A stretch of 64,000 bases of DNA from NCBI GenBank assembly GCA_021775475.1, contig JAJFHS010000006.1, positions 21,530 through 85,529 on the forward strand, read 5' to 3'. The stretch's first letter is position 1. Every line of letters begins with the position of its first letter. This document shows positions 40,735 to 51,870 of this stretch, piece after piece. This DNA is from Hyphomicrobiales bacterium (GTDB lineage Bacteria > Pseudomonadota > Alphaproteobacteria > Rhizobiales > JAJFHR01). A model generated the notes under the pieces. It was not told the DNA's origin, did no database searches, and saw nothing but the letters and a program-made list of their open reading frames with translations. The translations under genes were made by a program, and so were the position numbers.

Positions 40735-41689
40735 GACGCTGTTCTGCTTTAACTCTGTCGCGCGTATTACGCGGCGTGCGCGGAAATTCAATGCGCATTT
40801 CATCAAAAGCTGAACAAGCCGCATCTTTTTGCCCCAGACGGGCAAGCGTAATCCCCAGCTTCAAAAGACTGTCCGGTGCTTTGGCACTGGTACGAAAGCG
40901 GGTGTATCCCCGCAAAAAAGCATCCGCTGCCTTTTTGTCCTGTTTGCGGGCAAAATAGGTTTCCCCCAACCAGTATTGAGCATTCCCGCTCAAGGCATTC
41001 TTCGGATAACGCGAAATAAACGCCTTAAACTCGGCTTCAGCTTCGGCATACTGACGTTGCTTGATCAGATCAAAGGCGCGGTTGTAATCTTCCCGAGGTG
41101 ACCCGGTTGAGACCTTGGCCTGAGCCAGCCTGGCTGATTTGGTCGCTGTTTTGCCGCCGGAAATTGTGCCCAGTGAATTGCTGGATACTGTGCCCAAAGA
41201 ATTACTGGAAATTGTACCCAATGATTTCGTTGTCCGTTCAAGATTGGTTTTTTGCCGCTTTCGCTGAGCACCGCGCGGCTGGGGTGAGGCTTTAAGGTCC
41301 TGAAATCTGAATTCAACATCTTCGGAAAAGCGGGTGAATTTCTCCGTCAACTGACGGATCTGAAAGGATGTTTCCTCGATTTTTCCGTTCAAGGCCCGCA
41401 TCTGTTCTTCAATATCACCGATACGCAAAGACAGGTTCGCCTCAGATGTGGGATCACCATCAACCCGGTTTTTCTGCAAACTGCGTGCGCGGTTCACACC
41501 GGTACTGTTCTGCAATTGAAAAATCTCTTCTTCCAGTCTGTTAATGCGATCATTGAGGACATAAGGATCAACCGAAGACTGGGCATCAGCCTCATTGGGT
41601 GACAGACCCAAAAAAGCATAACCGAAAGTAACAGCAGCGATAGCTGCACACCCACAGGTCTTAAATTTAAACGCCATTGTCTTCCTCAC
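40721..41689 (-). CDS. ybgF: Tol-Pal system protein YbgF/CpoB
   Basis: Signal peptide, coiled coil, TPR with NAQYWLGETYF and KAPDSLLKLG; follows pal. Confidence 0.92.
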   Translation of the reverse strand: MRKTMAFKFKTCGCAAIAAVTFGYAFLGLSPNEADAQSSVDPYVLNDRINRLEEEIFQLQNSTGVNRARSLQKNRVDGDPTSEANLSLRIGDIEEQMRALNGKIEETSFQIRQLTEKFTRFSEDVEFRFQDLKASPQPRGAQRKRQKTNLERTTKSLGTISSNSLGTVSSNSLGTISGGKTATKSARLAQAKVSTGSPREDYNRAFDLIKQRQYAEAEAEFKAFISRYPKNALSGNAQYWLGETYFARKQDKKAADAFLRGYTRFRTSAKAPDSLLKLGITLARLGQKDAACSAFDEMRIEFPRTPRNTRDRVKAEQRRVGC

Positions 41690-41765
41690 TGCACCAAAAA
41701 GTCATCTGCTATTGCAAATATAGCAAAGCTGCCGACAAAATCATCCCCGAAAGTGCTCTAATACC

Positions 41766-41801
41766 AAAAAAAGAGCGGCACTTTTGTAACAAGTGCCGCT
41801 C
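41766..41801 (-). terminator. Rho-independent terminator after pal
   Basis: A-tract followed by gagcggcactt...aagtgccgctc. Confidence 0.8.
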
Positions 41802-41826
41802 GATGATTTTCATAGTTTAAGCCAGC

Positions 41827-42342
41827 TTAACTGCTGACGGCACCGGTCACAACAGTGACGGCGCGACGGTTTTGCGACCAGCAGGATTCATCATCACAAA
41901 CCGCAACAGGTCTTTCTTTACCAAAAGAAATTGTCTTGATTCGCGCAGCACTAACGCCCTGGGAAATCAGAAAGGACTTGGCATTTGCCGCACGCCGCGC
42001 ACTGAGGCCAATATTGTATTCACGCGTCCCGCGTTCATCCGCATGGCCTTGAACAATAACTTTCACTTGTGGATAGTTCTTCAACCACACCGCCTGGCGC
42101 CGCAATGTGCTTTTTGCGATTTCCGGCAGCGAAGTTATATCGGTTGGAAAGAAAATTCTATCCCCGACATTAACGGAAAAATCCTGTTTCGACCCCGGAG
42201 CCGCATTGACATTGTTAACCCCGTCACCGGGTTTGTTTGTGCTCGATCCCGCGCAGGCTGCAAGCGTGAGCATCATGGCAGCAACGAACAATTTGGAAAG
42301 TCCGGGAAAATAGCTTCTGCTCCGCAAACTGGCACTCATCAT
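41827..42342 (-). CDS. pal: Peptidoglycan-associated lipoprotein Pal
   Basis: Lipobox LAAC, GHADERGTREYNIGLSARRA, SFGKERP, WSQNRRAV. Confidence 0.96.
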   Translation of the reverse strand: MMSASLRSRSYFPGLSKLFVAAMMLTLAACAGSSTNKPGDGVNNVNAAPGSKQDFSVNVGDRIFFPTDITSLPEIAKSTLRRQAVWLKNYPQVKVIVQGHADERGTREYNIGLSARRAANAKSFLISQGVSAARIKTISFGKERPVAVCDDESCWSQNRRAVTVVTGAVSS

Positions 42343-42520
42343 TTAAAAAACTCCTCTACCGGCACTCATTCTGCATAGTACCATAAATGTCAAAATATTT
42401 GTATAGGGCCGCTGTTCAACCCAACGTCCTGTTAATCCCACATATGGTATGATAAATTCAATAACTATTTAATGTGGCCTCTTCATCCTAAGATTACATT
42501 AATCATACCTCGGTTCACAG

Positions 42521-43888
42521 CTATTTATTTAAAGGAGACCAGGCCGGGTCAGATGCAAAGTTCGGCGTTTTAACTTTACGCTCATTTCTGCCAGTCAAAT
42601 CAATTGACCACAGAGCCGGACCACTGGTTTCCCCACGAACTTCTCTGAAGAACATAATAACACGGCCATTTGGTGACCACGTTGGGCCCTCATTGTGGAA
42701 TCCGACACTTAAAATCCGCTCGCCTGAACCATCAGCGCGCATCACACCGATAACAAACTGACCTTGCGTCAACTTCGTAAACGCTATCCAGTCACCGCGC
42801 GGTGACCAAACCGGCGTAGAATATCGCCCCTTGCCAAAACTGATCCGCTGCTGATCCGAGCCATCCGCATTCATGACGTAAATCTGCTGACTGCCACCGC
42901 GATCGGATTCAAAAGTAATCCTGCGGCCATCAGGCGAAAAAGAAGGCCCGGTATCAATGGCAGCCGTACTGGTGAGCCGTGTTTTAGCCAGGCTTTTCAG
43001 ATCAAGCGTATAAAGATTGGCATTGGCACCGTTTTGCAAACTCATGATGATCTTCTGTCCGTCCGGTGAAAACCGCGGTGAAAATGTCATGCCGGGAAAT
43101 TTGCCAATCAACTCACGTTGCCGGGTTTCAAGGTTCAACAGATAGACCCGGGGCTCCCCATCGGCGTATGACATATAGGCGACTTCAGAGGCTGCCGGAT
43201 TAAAGCGCGGCGTCAGCACTAGAGCATCCCCACGCGTCAGGTTGCGAACGTTGTATCCATCCTGATCCATTATCGTCAGGCGCTTAACCCTGTTGGTTTT
43301 CGGCCCAGTTTCATCAATAAACACAATGCTACTGTCAAAATAACCCTTCTCGCCTGTCAGTTGCTGATAAATCGTGTCTGAAATCTGATGTGCAATGCGG
43401 CGCCAGTTTTCAGTTGAGGCAAAAAACTGAACCCCGGCAATTTGCTTTTGCGCCAGCACATCCCACAATCTGAATTCAGCTTTCAAGCGGCCATCCTTCT
43501 GGATTGTCGCACGACCGGTAACCAGTGCCTGGGCATTAATGATACGCCAGTCACCAAACCGGGGGGCCTTGTTGAATTTTGTAATTTTTTCAATAAAGGC
43601 TTCTTTTTCCAGCGGCTGAAACAGTCCCGAACGCTCAAGATCAGCATTGATGACCGTTGTTATATCACGTCCGAACTGGCTGGCTTCTTCTGTTTTACCA
43701 ATAAAATCATATATCGCCACCGGCATTGGCTCAATGGTTCCTTGAGTAATATCAATTTCCAGCTGTGCCAGCGCCGGGCGCGGCTCCTGGACAACAAGCA
43801 CTAAAAGGGTCGCAAAAAACAGTGCCAGATTTCGCCCCAGCCAAGACCTCTTTTGCATTTCCTGACACCCTTTCATTAATAAATTCAT
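42521..43888 (-). CDS. tolB: Tol-Pal beta-propeller protein TolB
   Basis: [21 protein letters not shown], repeated P.FSPDG/P.WSP motifs. Start may be 43858. Confidence 0.96.
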   Translation of the reverse strand: MNLLMKGCQEMQKRSWLGRNLALFFATLLVLVVQEPRPALAQLEIDITQGTIEPMPVAIYDFIGKTEEASQFGRDITTVINADLERSGLFQPLEKEAFIEKITKFNKAPRFGDWRIINAQALVTGRATIQKDGRLKAEFRLWDVLAQKQIAGVQFFASTENWRRIAHQISDTIYQQLTGEKGYFDSSIVFIDETGPKTNRVKRLTIMDQDGYNVRNLTRGDALVLTPRFNPAASEVAYMSYADGEPRVYLLNLETRQRELIGKFPGMTFSPRFSPDGQKIIMSLQNGANANLYTLDLKSLAKTRLTSTAAIDTGPSFSPDGRRITFESDRGGSQQIYVMNADGSDQQRISFGKGRYSTPVWSPRGDWIAFTKLTQGQFVIGVMRADGSGERILSVGFHNEGPTWSPNGRVIMFFREVRGETSGPALWSIDLTGRNERKVKTPNFASDPAWSPLNK

Positions 43889-43906
43889 ATTTCCCGTATC
43901 CTCATG

Positions 43907-44776
43907 TTAGCCCCCAAACATTTGACTGGGATCAAAAGTAAGCACAATCTCGCGCCATGTATTATACTTTTTTGGCGGAAACATGTCATAAGGCCCACAT
44001 CGCCGGATTGCACGTAGCGCACTATCGGCTGCCGCTTGCGAAACTGAACTCACAATCCGCGGTGGGCGCGACAAACTACCGTCACGCTTGAGGCGAATTT
44101 CCACCTTTACCAAAAGCTTTTCTGCGTCTTTCACACCTGTAGGCGGGCTCCAGCATTGGCCAATTCGCCGCCGCATCAAATCCTTGTCACTGGCTGAAAT
44201 AACACCACTGCGACCACTAAACTGCGGGCTGGTTTCTTCAGCTTTGTCTTCGGGAAGTTTATCCAGCAATGCCGCCATTTTCTGCGGATTGAACTTACGT
44301 TTCTTTTTCGGTTTTTTCTTGGCAAATTTCGGCCGCACCCGCGGTATCGGCACTGATTTTGGTACCGGCTTGACTTCAGCCTTCTTTTTTTCCGGCTCCT
44401 TTTTCGGCTCCGGTGGTTTTGGCAAAGGCGGCGCTTCGACTTTCGGCTCGGGCAGCGCAGGTTCAGGCGGTTTTGGCTCAGGTGGAGCCTCTGGCTCAGG
44501 CGGCGGTGGTGGTGGTGGCGGAGCCGGTGCTTTTTTGACCACTTTCTTTTTCGGCTCGACCTTTTTTTTGGGCTCAGGCTTTGGTTTGGGCTTTTCTTCC
44601 GGTTTTTTTTCGTCCGGCTTTTCCGTCAATTTTGCAAACTGTGATTCTGAAATTGTTTCTGCCTGTATGGCTTCGGATTTCTTTACCTCAAATTTTTCGG
44701 CTTCCGGCAACACCAAAAAGGCCGCCGCCACAACGGCAACATGCAGGGTGGAAGATATGATCAAAAAGATACGCAT
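43907..44776 (-). CDS. tolA: TolA-like energy transducer
   Basis: N-terminal S..H TM helix, Pro/Lys/Glu-rich stalk, C-terminal IGQCWSPP...ALRAIRRCGPY...TFDP. Confidence 0.88.
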   Translation of the reverse strand: MRIFLIISSTLHVAVVAAAFLVLPEAEKFEVKKSEAIQAETISESQFAKLTEKPDEKKPEEKPKPKPEPKKKVEPKKKVVKKAPAPPPPPPPPEPEAPPEPKPPEPALPEPKVEAPPLPKPPEPKKEPEKKKAEVKPVPKSVPIPRVRPKFAKKKPKKKRKFNPQKMAALLDKLPEDKAEETSPQFSGRSGVISASDKDLMRRRIGQCWSPPTGVKDAEKLLVKVEIRLKRDGSLSRPPRIVSSVSQAAADSALRAIRRCGPYDMFPPKKYNTWREIVLTFDPSQMFGG

Positions 44777-44784
44777 ATCTGATA

Positions 44785-45234
44785 CTAAGGTTCTTTTTCT
44801 TCCCGCTGGGTTACCAGCCCGATACTGTTAAACCCCGCCGCACTGATTGTCCCCATGACCTGCATAACCTTACCGTAATTCACCTGCGCATCACCGCGTA
44901 TATAGATGCGCTCATTATAGCCACCCTTGGCAATGGCCCGTAGTTTGGCAACAATTTCAGTTATATCAATTTCAGTTTCCTGCAAAAAGACCTTACCGTC
45001 AGTGTTGACCGTAATGGTCAGCGGCTCTTTATCCCCTTGCAACTCATTGGCGCTGGTTTTGGGCAAATCGACCGGCACACCCACCGTCAGCAACGGTGCT
45101 GCAACCATAAAAATAATCAGCAATACCAACATCACATCGACAAATGGCGTCACGTTGATTTCCGACATCGGCTGATGCCGCCGCCGTGATCGCCGCCGCG
45201 AATAACTGCCGCCTGATGAACTGTTTATGGCCAT
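44785..45234 (-). CDS. tolR: TolR
   Basis: MSEINVTPFVDVMLVLLIIFMVAAP, VDLP, IRGD..V.YG.VM.VM. Confidence 0.96.
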   Translation of the reverse strand: MAINSSSGGSYSRRRSRRRHQPMSEINVTPFVDVMLVLLIIFMVAAPLLTVGVPVDLPKTSANELQGDKEPLTITVNTDGKVFLQETEIDITEIVAKLRAIAKGGYNERIYIRGDAQVNYGKVMQVMGTISAAGFNSIGLVTQREEKEP

Positions 45235-45237
45235 GAT

Positions 45238-45954
45238 CTATCCTTGGGCATCAATCTGGCGGGAAATTATGGCGGAGAATTCATCGGAAAAACCCTCCAT
45301 GCGATCGCCAATCTGACCGGCATCACTGCTCAGTTTATTATACGCAATAACCGCTGGAACAGCGGCCAGAAGTCCCAGTGCGGTGGCAAACAGGGCTTCC
45401 GCAATGCCTGGTGCGACCACCGCCAGATTGGTATTTTTTGACGCGGCAATTGCCTGGAACGCATTCATGATCCCCCACACGGTACCGAACAGGCCAACAA
45501 ACGGGGCGGTTGATCCAACAGTTGCCAAAAACAGCAACCGGCGCTCAAGATGGGCCATTTCCTTTTGCATGGTCACATCCATGACCTTTTCCAGACGCAC
45601 CTGCAACCCACCAAATGTATTACGCGCACGCCCGTCCTGAGAGCGCTTCCATTCCCGCATCGCCGCAACAAAAAGTGCTGCCGTAGACGTGTTCACCGCC
45701 GTGCTTAAAGTCAGGTAAAGCTCTTCCAGCGACTGACCAGACCAGAACACTTGCTCAAATCTGTCAGTGGCACGGCGAACCGATCGCAGCACATACAGTT
45801 TTTCGAAAATTATCGCCCAACTCCACACCGAAGAAAAAATCAGTCCAACCATAACGATCTGAACGACAATATCGGCCTGCAAGAAAAGATTCAGGAACGA
45901 AAAACTTTCCGGAGACAGCCCCTTGGCACCGGCGGCCAATTCTTCTGGAGTCAT
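45238..45954 (-). CDS. tolQ: TolQ
   Basis: LATVGSTAPFVGLFGTVWGIM, VAPGIAEALFATALGL. Confidence 0.96.
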   Translation of the reverse strand: MTPEELAAGAKGLSPESFSFLNLFLQADIVVQIVMVGLIFSSVWSWAIIFEKLYVLRSVRRATDRFEQVFWSGQSLEELYLTLSTAVNTSTAALFVAAMREWKRSQDGRARNTFGGLQVRLEKVMDVTMQKEMAHLERRLLFLATVGSTAPFVGLFGTVWGIMNAFQAIAASKNTNLAVVAPGIAEALFATALGLLAAVPAVIAYNKLSSDAGQIGDRMEGFSDEFSAIISRQIDAQG

Positions 45955-46125
45955 TGATTAAGCCTCGTAAAAATGAACGCTACAACCCGCAGTTTCCCGC
46001 GGGCGTAAATTGATAAAGATAAAAACCTGAAACATACGAATAGACAGCTGAATTTTCCGCTTAACTGAGAGGAGGCCTGAATGCACCCTCAACAGGCCTA
46101 GGAAAGCCGGTTAAATGTGACGAAA

Positions 46126-46590
46126 CTAGGACAAATAATCTCTAAGTTTGGTTAGCAAAGTGTTAGGAAAACGTGTAACCCGGCCATTGTCACCCAGCAG
46201 AACAACACTGACCAGCGCTTTCAAAAGGTGTTTATCACCGATCACAACGTTTTGTTCAAGCCTCAAGCGCACACCGGTGGTTGAAACAAGGGAAGTTTTA
46301 ACTTCAAGAATATCGTCAATTCGCGCAGGTTTAAGAAAATCGATTTCCATATGGCGCACGGCAAAGGCGAGTTTTCCGTGACCTTCATTGTCTGAAGCAA
46401 ACAATTTGGCATGATCAACGCCGATATGGCGCATAAAATCCGAACGCCCGCGTTCACAAAACCGCATATAGCTCGCGTGATATACAACGCCGGAAAAATC
46501 CGTATCCTCAAAATAGACCCGCACCGGCAGAATATGGCATTTTCCCTGCATGTGTCCGGCAATATCCGGCCAGTTTTGATCGTTATCCAT
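46126..46590 (-). CDS. ybgC: Tol-Pal-associated acyl-CoA thioesterase YbgC
   Basis: RVYFEDTDFSGVVYHASYMRFCERGRSD, FLKPARIDD. Confidence 0.93.
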   Translation of the reverse strand: MDNDQNWPDIAGHMQGKCHILPVRVYFEDTDFSGVVYHASYMRFCERGRSDFMRHIGVDHAKLFASDNEGHGKLAFAVRHMEIDFLKPARIDDILEVKTSLVSTTGVRLRLEQNVVIGDKHLLKALVSVVLLGDNGRVTRFPNTLLTKLRDYLS

Positions 46591-46591
46591 G

Positions 46592-47632
46592 CTAAAGCGG
46601 CTCCTCGCCAAACAACGTTGATTGCTCGCGGGCGATATTTTTCGGGACACCAAGACCAAGATGCTGGAAAGCCAGCGGCATCACCACACGACCGCGCGGC
46701 GTGCGGTTCACAAAGCCTTGCTGAATAAGATAGGGCTCGATAATTTCTTCAATCGCATCGCGCGGCTCACTCAATGAAGCGGCAATGGTTTCAATGCCAA
46801 CCGGACCGCCACCAAAATTAACCGCAATACAGGTGAGATAACGATGATCAAGCGCATCAAGCCCGCGGGCATCAACCTCCATACGCCCCAAAGCTGCATC
46901 GGCCTGTTTTACGTCGATTTCATCAACGCCGGCAACAAAAGCAAAATCGCGCACCCGGCGCAATAATCTGCCCGCCACCCGTGGCGTACCGCGTGAACGT
47001 CTGGCAATTTCCAGAGCACCATCTTTGGTGAGCGAGATACTGAGCACGCGCGCGCCACGCTGAACAATCTCAACCAGTTCGTTTTCATTATAAAAATCTA
47101 GCCGCACCGGAATGCCGAAACGATCACGCAACGGCGTTGTCAAAAGCCCCGAGCGCGTGGTCGCACCCACAAGTGTGAACCTAGCCAAATCAATGCGCAC
47201 CGAACGCGCCGAAGGTCCTTCACCGATAATCAGATCAAGCTCAAAATCTTCCATCGCCGGATAGAGAATTTCCTCGACCGCCGGGTTTAACCGGTGGATT
47301 TCATCAATAAATAAAACATCGCGGTCTTCAAGATTGGTGAGAATGGCGGCCAAATCCCCTGCCTTGGCAATCACCGGGCCGGAGGTTGCTTTGAAATTAA
47401 CGCCCAGTTCACGGGCCACAATCTGCGCCAGTGTGGTTTTACCAAGTCCGGGAGGCCCGGCAAACAACACATGATCCATGGCCTCTTCGCGCGCCGAGGC
47501 AGCGGTAACAAAAACCCGCAAATTTGAGCGCACTTGTTCCTGACCGATAAATTCATCCAGGCTCAAAGGCCGCAAAGATTTATCACTGTCATCATCACCA
47601 GTGGCAATGGCATCAATCAGGCGATCAGTCAT
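46592..47632 (-). CDS. ruvB: Holliday junction helicase RuvB
   Basis: [40 protein letters not shown]. Confidence 0.98.
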   Translation of the reverse strand: MTDRLIDAIATGDDDSDKSLRPLSLDEFIGQEQVRSNLRVFVTAASAREEAMDHVLFAGPPGLGKTTLAQIVARELGVNFKATSGPVIAKAGDLAAILTNLEDRDVLFIDEIHRLNPAVEEILYPAMEDFELDLIIGEGPSARSVRIDLARFTLVGATTRSGLLTTPLRDRFGIPVRLDFYNENELVEIVQRGARVLSISLTKDGALEIARRSRGTPRVAGRLLRRVRDFAFVAGVDEIDVKQADAALGRMEVDARGLDALDHRYLTCIAVNFGGGPVGIETIAASLSEPRDAIEEIIEPYLIQQGFVNRTPRGRVVMPLAFQHLGLGVPKNIAREQSTLFGEEPL

Positions 47633-48234
47633 TGCGCCAGCTCCTTGAGACCAAGGCGAATAAGCTCGCCCGCCTGCGCATCATCGCTGGCACTTTGCGC
47701 TGCCGCCAACACCGCACCACCCGCCTGACTTTGAGAATATCCCAGATTAACCAGTGCTGAAACCGCATCGGCCTGAGCCGATGAAGTATTGGTGCTGCCC
47801 GCAGTAAACCCCTCAACAGCGGAAGCTGAAATCGCCGGGGATTTATCTTTCAGCTCATTGATCAGGCGCAAGGCAACTTTCGGCCCGATACCGGGAGTGC
47901 GCGAGACTTGCGCCTTGTCCTGCAACGCAATCGCACTTGCCAGTTCATTGACGCTCAATGTGGATAATACCGCCAAGGCTACCTTGGTGCCGATACCTTG
48001 AACTGTGAGCAACAACCGGAACCAGTCGCGCTCAACATTCTCAGCAAAGCCAAACAACCGGATCTGGTCTTCCCGCACATAGGTTTCAATCGCCAACTCG
48101 CAATTTTCACCTTTGGCGGGCAGTGAGCCAAGCGTGCGGGCAGAACAATGGACAATATATCCTACACCGTTCACATTTATAATGACCCAGTCTTCGCCGT
48201 AAGAATCGACCGTACCGAACAATTTGCCAATCAT
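47629..48234 (-). CDS. ruvA: Holliday junction DNA-binding protein RuvA
   Basis: [44 protein letters not shown]. Confidence 0.97.
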   Translation of the reverse strand: MIGKLFGTVDSYGEDWVIINVNGVGYIVHCSARTLGSLPAKGENCELAIETYVREDQIRLFGFAENVERDWFRLLLTVQGIGTKVALAVLSTLSVNELASAIALQDKAQVSRTPGIGPKVALRLINELKDKSPAISASAVEGFTAGSTNTSSAQADAVSALVNLGYSQSQAGGAVLAAAQSASDDAQAGELIRLGLKELAQ

Positions 48235-48752
48235 ACGCCAACCTTTCGTTTTACCGGTTGCAGAGCCCTTTGCCCGCGATGATGCGCATGCGTTATGGCA
48301 ACAGCCAAAGCATCCGCACTATCCGCACTGTCCAACTCACATTTGGGTAGTAAAATACCAATCATGGCCTTGATCTGGTGTTTATCTGCATGCCCCACAC
48401 CAACCACAGACTTCTTCACATGATTAGGCGCATATTCCGCTACCGGCAATCCACCAAGTGCGGGCACCAGCAGGGCAATGCCGCGCGCCTGCCCCAGCTT
48501 TAACGTCGCTGCCGCATCCTTGTTGACAAAAGTGTTCTCAACCGCGGCTTCCTCGGGATGATATGATGTCATAACCCCCGCCAGACCATCGTGTATCTGC
48601 ACCAGACGGGCTGCCAGCGACAAAGAATTATCTGATTTTACCGTGCCATTGGCCACATGTTTAAGGCGGCTGCCGTCCACATCAATAACCCCCCAGCCGG
48701 TAAACCGGAGGCCGGGATCAATCCCCAATATGCGAATCACCTTATGCGCCAT
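48231..48752 (-). CDS. ruvC: Holliday junction resolvase RuvC
   Basis: [45 protein letters not shown]. Confidence 0.97.
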   Translation of the reverse strand: MAHKVIRILGIDPGLRFTGWGVIDVDGSRLKHVANGTVKSDNSLSLAARLVQIHDGLAGVMTSYHPEEAAVENTFVNKDAAATLKLGQARGIALLVPALGGLPVAEYAPNHVKKSVVGVGHADKHQIKAMIGILLPKCELDSADSADALAVAITHAHHRGQRALQPVKRKVGV

Positions 48753-48800
48753 GCTTCAGACATAGAACAGAATGGGTGCCGCGCCAACGCCAAGCCGCCG

Positions 48801-49712
48801 TCATACTCGTTTCAGGCGAAAAAACCGTCTGCCCTGTCCACTGGCCAACATCACACCAATAGTGATGGCGCCGATGGCCAGGCCGGTTTGCCAGGTGGGA
48901 ACCTCACCCAATACGGGAATTGCCAGAAGGGCTACCAGGACCGGAACCAGCGAGCCAAAGGCCGCAGCTTTGGTAGCTCCTAAATTGGCAACCGCTGCTC
49001 CATAGGCCACAAGAGAAAAAACACCGCCAACAAGACCTTGAGCAATCACCTGATAGCCAAGTTCGGGCCAACTCATGGCCATCAAACCGCCGCCACCTGT
49101 CAGTATCGCCAGTGGAATGACAATGGCCAATGACCAAAATCCGATTAACCCGGCAGCCTGAAAGGACCCAAGACCAGATTGTTTGAAGGCATGGGTAAAA
49201 ATCGACCACGAAAAAGCACCCAGTAAAAACAGCAGGTGACCGCGCCATGCACCATTTATCCCGACAACAACGGCTGAACCTGCGATCAGTATAATACCGC
49301 AGGCAATGAGGAAAAAGCCGAGAATACGCGGTGGCTCAAAAACTTCTTTTAAAATCAGCCAGCCCAGCAAAGCGGCAAACAATGGCATGGTGCCGGGTAA
49401 CAAAGCGCCAATATCGGCGGCGGGCGCAAACCTCATGCCTGAAGAAACGATGAGTACATAGGGTACACCGGCGCAAAATACCATTAAAAACAATAATCGC
49501 CGGTCAACATCTTTTGGCAAAATCCCCTGGCGCCAGTACCACGGCAGAAAAAACAACGCGGCGACGCCAAAACGTATGATCACAATACCAGCAGGAGTTA
49601 TGGAGGATTGAACCCCCTGTCGGGTGGCAACAATCCACCCCGTCCAGATCAGGACAAAAGAAATGGCCATTGCATAACCCAGAAGCGGTCTGGGTGATGC
49701 ATGTGCGCTCAA
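48801..49712 (-). CDS. DMT (EamA) family transporter
   Basis: 10 TM helices, [38 protein letters not shown]. Confidence 0.88.
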   Translation of the reverse strand: MSAHASPRPLLGYAMAISFVLIWTGWIVATRQGVQSSITPAGIVIIRFGVAALFFLPWYWRQGILPKDVDRRLLFLMVFCAGVPYVLIVSSGMRFAPAADIGALLPGTMPLFAALLGWLILKEVFEPPRILGFFLIACGIILIAGSAVVVGINGAWRGHLLFLLGAFSWSIFTHAFKQSGLGSFQAAGLIGFWSLAIVIPLAILTGGGGLMAMSWPELGYQVIAQGLVGGVFSLVAYGAAVANLGATKAAAFGSLVPVLVALLAIPVLGEVPTWQTGLAIGAITIGVMLASGQGRRFFRLKRV

Positions 49713-50455
49713 TTGTTCATCATCTCAATGGCCGTGTCAGACACTTCAAAGTTGGCATAGACATTTTGCACGTCATCACTGTCATCCAGCGCTTCCAGCA
49801 TCCGCAGCAGCTTGACCCCGGTTTCATCATCGAGTTCGATCAGATCTTTGGGTTTCCAGATAATGCCGATGGATTTTGGCTCACCGAACTTTGCTTCCAG
49901 AACACCGGCAACTTCGTGCAATTGTTCGGGGCTGCAAACAAGATCATGGCCGTCGTTAGAACTTTCACAATCTTCGGCACCGGCTTCTATTGCCATCTCA
50001 AACATATCATCGGCTGACGCTGTATCGGCACCATAGGAAATAGCCCCAACCCGGTCGAACATGAAGGCAACCGAGCCGGTCTCGCCAAGATTTCCACCGC
50101 CTTTGGAAAAAATCGACCTGATTTCACTGGCCGTTCTATTGCGATTGTCCGTCAGGCTTTCAACAATCACCCCGATGCCGCCAACGCCAAATCCCTCGTA
50201 GCGCATTTCCTCATAATTTTCGCCGCCCACATCCTGGCTCTTTTTAATCGCGCGCTCAATGTTGTCCTTGGGCATATTTCCCGCACGCGCCGCCACCACG
50301 GCCGTGCGCAATCGCGCATTCATTGCCGGATCAGGCGTGCCGAGTTTGGCCGCCACGGTTATTTCCTTGGCCAGCTTGGAGAAAATCTGCGCACGCTTTT
50401 TATCCTGCGCGCCCTTGCGATATTGAATGTTTTTGAATTTGGAATGGCCTGCCAT
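49709..50455 (-). CDS. yebC: YebC/PmpR family protein
   Basis: [39 protein letters not shown]. Confidence 0.97.
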   Translation of the reverse strand: MAGHSKFKNIQYRKGAQDKKRAQIFSKLAKEITVAAKLGTPDPAMNARLRTAVVAARAGNMPKDNIERAIKKSQDVGGENYEEMRYEGFGVGGIGVIVESLTDNRNRTASEIRSIFSKGGGNLGETGSVAFMFDRVGAISYGADTASADDMFEMAIEAGAEDCESSNDGHDLVCSPEQLHEVAGVLEAKFGEPKSIGIIWKPKDLIELDDETGVKLLRMLEALDDSDDVQNVYANFEVSDTAIEMMNN

Positions 50456-50641
50456 ATATCTACGCTTGTCTTTTGAAATGATTGTTGATGAGTGGTGGTG
50501 CCGCCCGTTTTAAAGATTTATTACCGCAAATCAACGTTTCTTTGCTTATTAAAATTAAATCCCCTGACTTTACGCGGCATTAACTCCAACCAGCCCATAC
50601 TGCATGACAGAGACAACAGGACGGGCTGAGGATTAAGTACA

Positions 50642-51019
50642 ATGGAAAATTTGGGTAACACCGCCGAAGATAATGACAACGGCGCAAATATTGACCAATT
50701 GTCATCGATGGCTGAACAAACCACCCAGTCAACCTGTTCGGCTGTTTTGCTGACAGCGCGTGAGTTGATAAAATCGCACGATCAAAAGTTCGCCATAGAA
50801 CAGATATTAGCCCTGGGCAACGCCTGTGAAGAAGCCTGTACACATCTGGAAACCAGTCAGGAAGAACTCGACCACAAAAATCACAAAAGCGCACAAGTCA
50901 GCCTCAACCAGGCCATCAGCAGCTTAATGTTTGTTTCAAACTCGGCCCTCACCGCCGATATCACCGCCACCAATCTGGCATCAAACGACACCGCTTTATT
51001 CCGCAACGCCCGTAAATAG
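50642..51019 (+). CDS. Hypothetical helical protein (orphan)
   Basis: 125-aa ORF filling the ymdB-yebC gap; GAGG about 10 nt upstream; stop 7 nt from the convergent ymdB stop; no family recognised. Confidence 0.55.
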   Translation: MENLGNTAEDNDNGANIDQLSSMAEQTTQSTCSAVLLTARELIKSHDQKFAIEQILALGNACEEACTHLETSQEELDHKNHKSAQVSLNQAISSLMFVSNSALTADITATNLASNDTALFRNARK

Positions 51020-51026
51020 CAAATTT

Positions 51027-51848
51027 TTACAACCAAAAGTCAGGTAGCGCAGGCTCCAGGCGTGCACCAATTCTGACAGCGGAAACTTTTTCCGCCAGAC
51101 CGGTTTTATTATTGACCTCAACCGCCAGACCGCTAATCGTTGCCTCACCAAGTGCCGGGGTAAATCTTGCTGTGGGAATTTTGCGCACAAACCGGTTGAC
51201 TGGCTCGGCTTTGTCCATGCCGATAACTGAATCATAATCCCCGCACATGCCCACATCACTCATATAAGCGCTGCCACCGCCAAGAATTTGATGATCCGCT
51301 GTTGGCACATGCGTGTGCGTGCCGAAAACACAACTGACCCGACCGTCAAAATAATGCCCGATTGCCTGTTTTTCCGACGTCGCTTCGGCATGAAAATCAA
51401 TGATCGCGGCATCACACACCTCGCCCAAAGGACAAAGTGCCAGTTCCTCATCAATGGCGGCAAACGGATCGTCCATCGCATCCATATAAATACGCCCCAT
51501 GGCATTGATCACCAGAACTTGCGCATTGTTTTTAGCGGTAAACACCCCGGCACCTTTTCCCGGCGTGCCTTTGGGATAGTTAAGAGGTCGCAGCAAATTT
51601 GGCTCGCGATCAATAAAAACAAGTGCTTCACGCTGATCCCACACATGATTGCCAGTGGTGACAACATCGGCACCGGCATCGCGCAACTGATTGAAAATAC
51701 CCTCGGAAATACCAAACCCGCCAGCAGAATTCTCGCCATTGACAATCGCAAAATCAATATCAAAACGTTCGCGCAACCTTGGCAGTTCACGCAACACCAA
51801 CTCGCGACCCGAACGCCCGACCACATCACCTAAAATCAATAATCTCAT
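51027..51848 (-). CDS. ymdB: TIGR00282 / YmdB-like metallophosphoesterase
   Basis: LGDVVG, VNGENSAGGFG, TTGNHVWD, DFHAEATSEK, GTHTHVPTAD, SDVGMCG. Confidence 0.95.
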   Translation of the reverse strand: MRLLILGDVVGRSGRELVLRELPRLRERFDIDFAIVNGENSAGGFGISEGIFNQLRDAGADVVTTGNHVWDQREALVFIDREPNLLRPLNYPKGTPGKGAGVFTAKNNAQVLVINAMGRIYMDAMDDPFAAIDEELALCPLGEVCDAAIIDFHAEATSEKQAIGHYFDGRVSCVFGTHTHVPTADHQILGGGSAYMSDVGMCGDYDSVIGMDKAEPVNRFVRKIPTARFTPALGEATISGLAVEVNNKTGLAEKVSAVRIGARLEPALPDFWL

Positions 51849-51870
51849 CGGGTTAAAACCTGCCCTGCCT

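Noticed and set aside
40735-40845. N-terminal extension of the tilS ORF
   Set aside because: It overlaps ybgF by more than 100 nt; the start near 40734 is more plausible.
44088-44831. 247-aa Gly-rich + strand ORF
   Set aside because: Antisense shadow of the Pro-rich tolA.
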